Source of the DNA: Phyllosticta citribraziliensis
Taxonomy: Eukaryota
Reading direction: 5' to 3'
Assembly: GCF_038025025.1 (NCBI RefSeq)
Contig: NW_027117349.1
Coordinates: 1,302,001 to 1,366,000 of the forward strand
Length of the DNA: 64,000 nucleotides
A model generated the notes under the pieces. It was given only the letters and a program-made list of their open reading frames with translations. It made no database searches and was not told where the DNA came from. Positions 34,420 to 45,700 of this stretch are shown here, piece after piece; position 1 is the stretch's first letter, and the number at the start of each line of letters is the position of its first letter. The position numbers and the translations under genes were made by a program.

Positions 34420-36714
34420 TGAGGTGGACACGGATTTGGCGGATGTGGTGGTGTCGTGTGGTCGCAGCTGAAGCGAGCGAGCTGACGTATGGGCCTTGGA
34501 TCAAGACCAGATTGGGTGGAGGGGTCTGGGTGTGGGATGTTCTGAAAGAGGCAGTGGATGAGGAGACCGAGAGCGATTTATTGCAGGCCGGGCAGCATGT
34601 CAGCGGAGTCGTGTGGAGACGGGGCGGCCAGGACAGGCGCAGGCGCAGGCGCAGGTGGCGGTGATGCAAGAGAGGCGGGCTTAAGGCTATCGCCGAGAGG
34701 TGAGGACGCTGGCGGGGGGTGTAAAATTTTGGGATTGGGCTTGACTCGAGGCGCAACGGACGGTTGACCAGGAGAGCGAGAAGAAGGAGAAAGAGAAGAG
34801 CGAAGAAGACGTCCTTGTCGTCGAGGGCGTGGCATGGCCCCGCCTTGTGGGTAGGGCTGTGTCGAGCCGAGTGCGGTCGTCGTCGGTCGGTGGCAGATCC
34901 GCTTACTTGGTCCCGCGGGATTCGCCGCCGAGTCAGGCACTGCGCAGAGGGAAAAAGCTTGGCCTGTACGATATGCCCACGAGAGTCTTGCATCCCCGCA
35001 CACGCCAGAGACTCGGGTTGCATCATGGCGGCCATGACGATGCGATGGAGCGTTCAACTCCAGTCTGCTCCAGGCGGGCCGGAGGCGGCCGTTGATTTCG
35101 AGTGCGACCCCACCCGCACGCACTTGGACCTGACGTGGATTCGCTAGTGAGGCCCGGTTCGAGCAAGTCGTCCAGCAGGCCAGCGTCTCGTGTTTTCGAG
35201 AATTTCCCTCTCGACACGCCGGGAATAACGATGCACCCACTCTGCTGCGCGTGCTGCGTCGCTTCATCTTTGAGTCGCACACGGAGGGCGCGGAAAGTGG
35301 AGACTCTCAGCACCTCGCTCGCTTGCACAGGACAAGAGGGCAACTGGCGCGAGCGCACGCGTCGTTCCAGAGGGGAGAAAATGCCTCTCCTCTTCATCGC
35401 TCTGGCTAGCCCTCGCCCCGCTGATTGGCTGCCCGTGGTCCAGCAAGACGTCGTCCTTCCTGGCTACAGATCGTCCTGACTAGGCCGCCGATCACGTCGC
35501 TAGCCACAACCATCAATCCCAGATCCAGGCCCTTTTTGACGACGCGGTGGGTCGTCCGTCGCCGTTTGAACATCAACGCCGACTGAGAAATCACTCGGAA
35601 TCTTTCCGTCAGCGCCCTCACGCTGCCCGTGCCTCTTCCCGCCCGTCTTCACCACCATCTGTTTCAGGAAACGCTTCCGCTGCACCTTGGTGGTCGCCGT
35701 CGAGGCTTGCTGCAGTTGCCAAATATAAGCTTCACGTCAGCCCGAGACGCCGTTTTCATCCTGCAGCTGAAATGAGGTCACTGGCTGCCAAAGTCGCCGA
35801 GCATGCATTGCTTGACTGTCCATGAGGTGAATCTGGACCACGTCGAACTCATTGTGAATCGACAAACGACCATTCGTTCATCGCGCCTCATCCAAACATT
35901 GGCTCCGTCTTGTCCATCCGTCGACTTGGCTGGCCTGGTTCATGATGAGACCAAGTTGAGTCTTGAGTGTGGAATGTGGACTGGATCCAAACATCGACGC
36001 GTATGCTGTTTTGAGTCAGGGGCACTGCCAACATGACGGCGACGTGACGGAAGTGCCTGGTGAGACTGTGCCAAACACCATTGAGAGCTCCATCTCCCAA
36101 GTCACAGCCTCGTTGAGCACACTGCGTTTCCCGTGGCCATCGAGATTGCATAGGCGAATGCGTGAATTTTGGAGTGTGTTGTCAACGGAGATCGAGTCTT
36201 AGCTTTGCCCTGCCACAATGCTGCTGGCCAGGTCGAAAAAGGGGGATTCAATGTTGCAGCAAGGCATTGGATAAAAAATCAACCGAGTCTGAGTCTGAGT
36301 CTGAGTCGGTCACAAGGAGAAATTAGAAACAATCTGTCGCGGCGTTGGAAAGTGGGAGCGATGAGGCAGGGCGCCAGATGTGCGTTCTGCAGCAAGCTCT
36401 GTGCAGCGGACGGAGTCGAAAGTGGAAGTGGAGGGGCAAATGTCGCCGGCCATTTTGGATGCAAGTAAGCGATGAAGAGACCAAGGCGCACAACGATCGC
36501 GACGGATTTGGTGTCGAGGTAAACCAACACATTGAATTGGAGACCTCAGGTGGTTGTTCGGGATCGATGGCTGGTCACGTGGAGCGGAACAACCTCTTCT
36601 CCGAGGCCCCAACTCGCTTCGCGAAATTCCCACTCCGAATTCGACGGCGGCGAAGACGACCATCGACAACGACATCCAACTAACCCACCACCACCCGACA
36701 GCAAACTGAGCAGG

Positions 36715-37565
36715 ATGTCGACCTTCGAGCCAGTCATCGTCATCGACGGCAAGGGTCACCTCCTTGGCCGCCTGGCCTCCGTCGTGGCCAAGCAGCTGCT
36801 CAACGGCCAGAAGGTCGTTGTCGTCCGCTGCGAGGCCTTGAACATCTCTGGAGAGTTCTTCCGCGCCAAGTGTATGTGCACCAACCGCGACCGAGTCGAA
36901 ACCACGCGGAAATTCCGAGTTTTGGATGGAATCGGACTACTGGCAAGATTGGACTTGAGCTAACGCGGACCAACAACAGTGAAGTACTCGGCCTTCCTGC
37001 GCAAGATCACTCGCTACAACCCCACTCGCGGTGGTTAGTACAGAACCCGTCGAATCTCCGGACGCCTCGAACGCGATACTGATGGAATAATCACCAGGTC
37101 CCTTCCACTTCCGCGCTCCCTCCAAGATGTTCTGGCGCACCGTCCGCGGCATGATTCCCCACAAGACCGCCCGCGGCGCCGCTGCCATGGAGCGCCTCAA
37201 GACCTTTGACGGTGTTCCTCCCCCTTATGACCACGTCAAGCGCATGGTCGTTCCCCAGGCCCTCCGCGTCCTCAGGCTCAAGCCCGGCCGCAAGTACTGC
37301 ACCGTCGGCCGTCTCGGACACGAGTTTGGCTGGAAGTACCAGGACGTCGTTGCCAGGTTCGTACACTCGGAAATGGAGGAAACGGTAGTAGTGGACAGAC
37401 TTGTACTGACGGGTCGTGACTCACAGGCTCGAGGAGAGGAGGAAGGTCAAGAGCGCCGCCTACTACGAGCGCAAGAAGGCTCTCAGGAAGCAGCTGTCGG
37501 ACGCGAACAAGACGGCAAAGGTCGACGACAAGGTCAAGGCCCAGCTCGCCGAGTTCGGCTACTAA
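36715..37565 (+). CDS. RPL16: 60S ribosomal protein L16 (uL13/L13a); exons 36715-36871, 36980-37033, 37098-37356, 37427-37565
   Basis: [32 protein letters not shown]...[29 protein letters not shown]...[17 protein letters not shown]...LAEFGY*. Confidence 0.97.
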
Positions 37566-39265
37566 GTTACGGACGGTTGGGCCAATGGTGGCTTGGTATC
37601 AACTCCTGCATGGGTAGTGGGCACGGGTCGGCGTGTGTGCATGGAAACGGGGAGACGGTTATGAGCAAGGTCCCCGCTTTCGAGATTCTGAATTGCCGGC
37701 GGCACGATCAAAAAATCCTACGATCAACTGGGAGGCGCTCGTACGGACATACAAATCCAGATGGCTTCTCATACCCTTTTTTTGCTTCTGCCCACGGGTT
37801 GTAGTAGAGGTTCAAAATGGAAACTACTGAAAGCAATGGTCGAGTGCAGGCTGACAAGACTTGCGACTACACTTCTATCAACTGGGGATGGAATAGGTCA
37901 AAGACGGCGTAATTGAGACGGAACGAGGTCCATTTTTCATGGACAACAAGCATCATGACTACGACCAGAGCTTTGAATGTTGAAGACGCCACAACTGGCA
38001 AAACAACAAGATGTAACGTCGAGACGGTGAGAAACGGACAGGTCATTCTGGCTGGCATTCGTGAATTCTTCGGACCAAGTGCGCCTCTGACTCGCGTGAG
38101 ATCGACAGCTCGCTTCCCCACACTCCGCCATTCGTCACGTCAGGCCAGCGCCCATGATCTGACTTTTCCAACGCTTGTGGGGGAATGTGGACTGACAGCA
38201 CCGCTGACGGACAAGGTGACAATTGTTGTACCCTTGGCCGACCCAATGGTCTGGTGGATAATTCAAAGCTGAAGAACGAAGAGCTCAATCAACTGTAGCT
38301 CTGTATGGTACATGCGGGATACGCTCGTCAACGTCTCATCTCCACTGATGCTGGATGAACAACAGTGGAATATGGTCTGCACCACGCCACTGCGACGGCG
38401 AGATGAAAGTAGCCCACAGCACTCAGCCAACTTCCTACGTCCAATTCTCACTCCTCCCTCGCAAGCAACACACAAACACACCATGTCCACAAGCTCAACA
38501 AAAGCCAAACACAAACAAGCCAGCCCGCATTGGCCCGCCCGTCCCGCTGTCGTCGCCAGCCAGCCAGGGCGGGCGCCGCGCGCCGAGGCGTGGTTCCGCT
38601 GCAGCTCGCTCATTCGTTCCTTGGTTGTCCGCTCGACCCTCTCCACCCGCATCCGCAACTCCAGCTCTCAACCCACACCTTGCTCCACACTTTTCCCCGC
38701 CCGCTCGCCAGCCAGTGCCGCCACCATCACCACCGCACCACCACGCCTGACGTGACGAGCTGCCAGCAACCGCACGCCGCACCCGGCATTCTCTCATCTT
38801 TCAATTCGAAGAGTGCTCTGGAGCAGCTTCTGTGACCACGTCGACGACGCCAGCGGCCAGGGAAATACATCACTGCCTGCTGCTCAGTGACCTGCCTAGA
38901 GCAAGCAAGAGCGGGGAACGTCGGACACGGAAGTCGATCGAGTCGAATTGGCGACACCACGGCGGGACCTGCAGGCCACATTACCTCATACCCTGCAGTC
39001 TGCCAACGTACACAGCGTGCCATCCCTACCTACGACACATACCTACCTACATATCCGACAGCCGGCCACCGCTTTTGCAGCTGCCGCTCGTCCGTCCTTC
39101 TTGTGACTTTGTTGCCCGCCTACCGACCTGTCAACAAACCAAGCCAACTGCCATCTCGTCTGCCCACCAACATTGCTCTTTTCATCTTGTCGAACTAAGT
39201 TTCCTTGACACGCAGACCGGGACACAATCACTCGCTCTGCCTACTTACTTTCCCCTCATCTCGCC

Positions 39266-41800
39266 ATGGCACCACCAGACGGCGGCGACGTCAAAGGGCC
39301 CCTCCGCGCCGCACAGCAGCCACCGCCAGCTGCCGCATCGCACAACCTCGACCACGACGACCATGAGCACGACCACCACACTCTTCTCGCAACCGCCACG
39401 TCCCGCCTGCGCACACTAGCTGCACAATTCCTGCACTCCACGACGCCCGGCTCCTCTGCTGCCAACAACACCCCTAACAACAACAACGATCAGTCCGAGT
39501 ACGTCAACGACGACGACTACTACGACGTCGCCAGCGACGCCATCATCCAGATTGATCGCGTGCGTAGGTATGCGGGGAAGACCAAGGCCGCAGACGCGGG
39601 GCCTAGGGATTTTCGGCATCGGTATAACTACCACACGCTGAGCCCGACGGCGTGGTTGCCGCGGGCCGCTGCCATTGAGCCTGGTGTACGTTCTTCCTAT
39701 CCACATTCTGTCTTCCTGGAACGGCTGGAGCGGCGAGGAGGACACCGTTTGTTCTGCCTGCTGACTTTTGACTGGTAGGCTCTCGCCGTGCACCACACCA
39801 CCGCCAACGGCCGGCTGCTCCGCCGCACGTATGCCGAAGTGGCAGATCGGGCCCGTGGCCTCGCGTACTTTTTGATGAAGCATGGCTACAAGCGCGTAGG
39901 CATTTTGGCGCCCAACACGCCTGCGTTTTTGGAGGCGACCTTTGGAATAGGTGCCGCGGGAGGCGTCAACGTCGGTAAGTAGTCTCTGTAAAAAAGACCG
40001 TGCAAGTCCAGCGAAAGCGCGGAGATGTATCGCTGTTGAGACTGACTCGGACCCAGCTGTCAACTACCGCCTCAAGCCCTCAGACATTACATACATCTTC
40101 GCGCACGCAGACGTTGACCTCATCATCGCCGACGCCGAGTTTGTCCACCTCCTCGACACGTTCCGCGAAGACCGTCCCGCTGTCACTATTCTGGTAGACA
40201 CGGATACCGACGCCACCGAAGGCGAGCTGAGTGGGCCATACGACGATGCGGTCCTCGAGGGTCTCTTGCACGACCGCGAGACTGGTGGGCGGGGATGGAG
40301 CGGGTTGCAAACGCAGACCAAGAGCGAGAACGACGTGATTGCATTGGCGTATACGAGTGGGACAACGGCGCGGCCCAAGGGCGTCGAGTACACGAGTCGA
40401 GGCGTGTATCTGGCGGTGCTGGCAAACGTCATCGAGAGCGGCTTGAACTGCTACCAAGGCCGGTGTAGGTATCTGTGGACGCTGCCCATGTTCCACGCGA
40501 CTGGTGCGTTGTCTCCCTAGCTGACATGAGCAAAAACGCAGCGAGCACTTACTGTTGAAATGCAGGCTGGACTTTTCCCTGGGCGGTCACGTCTGTTCGC
40601 GGCACGCACTATTGCCTGCGCAAGATTGACTACCCGGAAATCTGGAAGCTGTTGAAGGAGGAAAAGATTACGCACTTCAATGCTGCACCTACCGTCAACA
40701 CGCTGCTATGCGCCGCCGACGGAGCGCAGCGTCTGGAGCATCCCGTACGCGTGACGGTTGCTGCGAGCCCGCCAACGGCCCATCTTTTTGAGACCATGAC
40801 ATCGCTGAACCTGCATCCAGTGCACGTCTACGGCATGACCGAGACCTACGGTCCAGTGACGGTAGGATACCACATGCCCGAGTGGGAAGAGCTGCCAGGC
40901 AAGGAAAAGTACGCCAAGATGGCGCGTCAGGGACACGGCTTCGTGACGAGTCTGCCGGTGCGAGTCATCAAGACAGACCAGCCCGAAGGTCTGCTGGTCG
41001 ACGTCGCAAAGAACGGCGTCGAAATTGGGGAGATTGTATTTGCGGGAAACATCTGCGCCAAGGGCTACTACAAGGATCCGGAAGCCACGCGAAAGCTGTA
41101 CGCGGGCGGGGTGCTGCATTCTGGCGATCTGGCCGTGTGGAACCCGGATGGCGCAATCCAAATCCAGGATCGGGCAAAGGACATCATCATCAGCGGTAAG
41201 TAGGGCTTTTCAACTTGTGGATGTCATGGAGGTCGGTCGGTGGACGGCGACTAACTTGTCCGACGCGGGTGATTCCGGACCCTGCTGGGGTCTGAGGATG
41301 ATCATCTTTCCAATGTGGGGCATACGGGCGGCTGCCGTTTTTTTTCTTTTCCCCCCCTTGTATTCGATTCCGTGTTTGAATCGGACGAGGGCCGTGGAGC
41401 GGCCACGACAAACGCGCAGCTCACGTAGGGCTGCGCACGAGATGCGACGGGTGTGCGGATTGCGGTGGCTAACGGTTGGCCAGGCGGCGAGAACATTTCG
41501 TCTGTTGCCTTGGAGAGCATGCTCGTGACACACCCTGACGTGCTGGAGGCGGGCGTCGTCGCGGTCGCTGACTCACACTGGGGCGAGAGACCCAAGGCGT
41601 TTATTACAGTCAAGGCGGGCCGGACGCTGCGCGGCGACGAAGTCATCGAGTGGGCCAAGCATCAGAGCGAGATCAGCAAATTCATGGTGCCGCGCGAGGT
41701 CGAGGTGGTCGGGGAGCTGCCCAAGACGTCGACGGGGAAGGTCAAGAAGAACATTTTGCGCGAGTGGGCCAAAGGCGCCGACAGGACGGCGGTCAAATGA
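39266..41800 (+). CDS. Acyl-CoA synthetase / AMP-binding ligase; exons 39266-39685, 39779-39974, 40057-40503, 40566-41195, 41484-41800
   Basis: AMP-binding motif LAYTSGTTARPKGV, LPMFHATGW, YGMTETYGP, SGDLA, DRAKDIIISGGENIS and LPKTSTGKV. Confidence 0.93.
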
Positions 41801-42763
41801 AGTGACGGACGGGCGACGCGAGATGCAGATGGGCAAGGCGGGCCGGGGCCGGGGCGGAGGGGTGGAGGGAGCTGGGTGATCAGCAGCGAGAGGACAAGGA
41901 GGAGGCTGAGCAAGCAGGGCGAGCGACGAGCGACTCTGGAGAGGCCATCTGTCATGTGCGAGCACGAAGACGCGCGGGCTAGGCTGGCGGGCTGGCGGGC
42001 TGGCGGGCTGGCGGGCTGGCTGGATGGGCTGGGCGGGCGGGCGGGATGGCGGAGACTGGCGCAAGGTAGTTCTCTTGGTGCGTTTGTAGAAGACTGGAGT
42101 GAGAGAACGGAACGGAGGTCGACGATGACGACGGGGTTTTGGAACTGAGACGCGAGGGTGTATTGTGTCGTGCGCGCGTGCAGGGTAAAGGTTGATGGCG
42201 GTCGCGGGCGGCACTTGGCGAGGAAGAGGTCGGCGTGCGGGTGGGGAGGAGTTGAGCTGAGCCGCGGGCGAGAGAGGGCGAGTTGATGGCGATGATGACG
42301 AGGAGAAAAAAGGCCTGTCAGTGATGATGGGGTGAGTGTGAGTGTCCGGTGGGCGTGGTGGTGAGGGCAAAAACTCGAGGGAAGCTCATTTTGCGCGGCG
42401 GCTAGGGCCAAAGGGGCAGGCGGTGAGGCTAGCCTCCGCCCGGAACGGCTGCCACCTGCGGGCGTGAATCGAGACGTATAAGACTGCGCACCGCGCGCAC
42501 GTCAAGCGCCAATGTGACCAACGCCCCCATCACCAATCCGCCGCCCGAGCCCGTTCCCCGTTTGCCCGCCAACCTAACATCCATCTGCCACCACCACCAC
42601 CACCCTGGCCCGTACCTTTTTCTTCTCTGCCAACCTCTGCGCCCCTCGGCTCCCGGCCTCGGCCCTCGTTGCCTGCGAGCATGCGACTGTGATGATACCT
42701 TTCCGACCACCCGCCTCTCTCGTCGCATCCTGAAGCTGATCGCCGCGGTCACGACTTTTTGAC

Positions 42764-45700
42764 ATGGCGTCGCGGTAAGTTGCTGCCAGCCAATCACGCG
42801 ATCCCATTGATCGCTGGCAGGGCCCCGAGGCCCCCCAACCGTCGATCTCGCCCGCTGACTGTCTTGTTTTTACAGCCTGGACCGCTTAGTCACGTAAGTC
42901 TTCGTCGCTCCTGTCGCGACACCACAACAACACCGCGACTGACCTCCCCATCCAGCCTCCTCGAGACCGGGAGCACCCAGCTCATCCGCAACACCGCCGC
43001 CCAGCAACTTGCCGACATCCAAAAAACTCACCCCGAAGAACTCTTCAACCTCTTAACCCGCGTTATTCCCTACTTGCGCTCTAAGTCATGGGACACGCGA
43101 ACCGCCGCCGCCAAGGCCATCGGTGGCATTGTCGAAAACGCTCAAAAATTTGACCCCAACGCCGAAGATGATTTAATCAAGTCCGAATCCAACGGCCACT
43201 CGAATGGCGCCGTCAAAAAGGAGGAATCCGTCGAATTGCCTCCCCTGCCCGAGGACCAGCTTTCCCTGGAGACGCTCGACATTGCACTGATCCTCAAAAA
43301 TGGCAAGCACTTGCTCGGCAGCGCGGGCAAGGAGTACGACTTTAAGCTTGCAGCCATGGACCCCGCCGAACGCCTGGCCTACCAAAAGAGAAGTCTCAAG
43401 GCCCGCCTGGGCATCGGAGGCGAGTATTTTGAAGAGGACCTGGTTACCCAAGACGACATTGCCCCCGCTGCATCCAGAGGAAGCATGCCCCCACCGACTC
43501 CTGGCATGCAAAAAATCGACACCAAGGTCCCGCGCACCAACAGCGTGTCATCTCCGCCTCCGCAGTCGGCAACCTCTCCAAACGAGCAGCACATGCCCCA
43601 AACGCCCGTCGACGAAAATGGCCATCAGCTCAGCAAACGGCAGCTCAATGCGCTGAAGCGCAAGAACAAGCAGCACCTCAAGGGACAGGCTAGCAAAGTC
43701 CGCATCATTGACATTGCAAATCGCAGGCCCAGCCACGACCACAACGAAACCCCGGCTGAACCTGTGGCCGTCAAATCCGAAGTTAAGAGCGAGGATGGCG
43801 ACAGCAAGGTGCAGGACTACTTTTCTTTGGAGCGCGCCGGCGACGACGATGACAGTAGAGTTGTCTCCGAGTTCAAAGGCGCACCAATACCCGAAAAGCC
43901 CGTGATCCAGTCCGAGGCCGAAGAGGAGGGCGTGGAGTGGCCGTACGAGCGGCTGTGCGAAATCCTGACGGTCGATCTCTTTGATCCCAACTGGGAAATT
44001 CGGCATGGCGCCGCTATGGGGCTGCGAGAAGTCGTCCGTGTGCACGGTGCGGGTGCTGGCCGCCGACGAGGCAGGAGCAGAGCGCTCAACGACCTGCAGA
44101 ATCAAAGGTGGTTGAATGACATGTCATGTCGCATATGCTGCGTCTTTATGCTAGACCGGTTTGGCGACTACATATCAGATAATGTCGTTGCGCCCATCCG
44201 AGAGACTGCTGGTCAGACCCTCGGTGCAGTACTACAATTCCTTTCACCAGAACTCGTCCGCGCCGTCTACACGGTCCTCTACCGCTTGGTGATGCAAGAT
44301 GAGTTTAACGAAAAGCGCGTCTGGCAGGCCTGCCACGGAGGCATGATTGGCATGAGATATCTCGTCGCCGTCCGGAACGATCTACTCTTGACAGACTCCT
44401 CCCTCATGGACGGCGTCCTCAACGCTGTCATGCGCGGACTCGGCGACTTTGACGACGACGTGCGGGCCGTCAGCGCCGCCACCCTGATACCCGTGGCCAA
44501 GGAGTTTGTAAATCTCCGGCCTGCCGCCCTCAACAGCCTGATTGGAATCGTGTGGGATTGTCTGTCTAACCTCAGCGACGACCTGAGCGCTAGTACCGGT
44601 TCAGTCATGGATCTGCTGGCCAAGCTGTGCAGCTTCAACGAAGTCCTGGACGCCATGAAGCTGAATGCCGCCAACGACCCGGAGCAGTCGTTTACGCAGC
44701 TCGTCCCTCGCCTCTTCCCTTTTCTCCGCCACACCATTACCAGCGTGCGGTCTGCCGTGCTCCGCGCGCTCCTCACTTTTCTCGACATTGAAGGCGACGG
44801 GACCAAAGGATGGGTCAATGGCAAGGCGCTCCGCTTGGTCTATCAAAACCTGCTCGTGGAGCGCAACGAGGGTGTTTTGAGGCTCTCGCTGCAAGTTTGG
44901 AACAGACTTGTCGACGCGCTCTGTGCGCAGAGTGCAGACATGTTTGCCACTGAGTTCCAACCACATCTCGACCCGCTCGTTGCACTGACGGTACATCCCG
45001 TTGGTGTGTCCCGCCATCCGATCCCCATGGATACCACCCTCTTCATCAGACCCTCGGGTCAGTCATATGCTCCGACATCGCACGCCACAAAGCGCGTATC
45101 TCCAGCTTCGGCGCCTGCCGAGCCAGCGACGAAAAAACGGCGGAAGGTGGAGAAGCAAAAGGAAAAGGAGCCGCCGCCTCCTTCGGCCCACAACATCGAT
45201 GCTCCCATGATGGAGGGAGATGTCGACCTCGTTGGAGTCGAGACGATTATCCGCTCAAAGATTCTCGCCGCCCAAGCGCTGGGCAAGGCCATAGCGTCGT
45301 GGCCACACTCGTCGCGCCAGGGCGTGTTTGGTCCTCGGCTCTTGTCCCAATTGCAATCGCCCTTTTCCTCCACGCAGCTCACGACGTGCATGATTGCCGA
45401 AGAGTTTGCACGGTCTTCCAAGGGCCAACAAGACGACTTGGCCAAGGAATCTGTCAAGATTCTGCGCACCATGGTCGAAGACGAGCGGCCCGGCTGCTAC
45501 GGCGATCTCACCAGCTACCTCACAATCGTGCGCGCTCAATGCCAGTCCCTCCTCAACTCGTTCCGCGATTTGGGCCACATTTCTTCTTCGAAACTGCCGA
45601 ACCTGGCGGTGGTGGTGCAGGGCGAGCCAGACGCGAGTCAGTTCGCCTTTGGCATTGCCGACGGCGAGAAGATTGTCGGATCCGAATTCGAGAAGCTTAG

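Noticed and set aside
36872..36979. Intronic snoRNA in RPL16 intron 1
   Set aside because: Only two 5-bp stems; no C/D boxes and no H box between the hairpins.
41196..41483. Stwintron (nested intron) in the acyl-CoA synthetase
   Set aside because: Removing an internal intron does not recreate a valid donor; a single GT-AG excision already restores IISGGEN.
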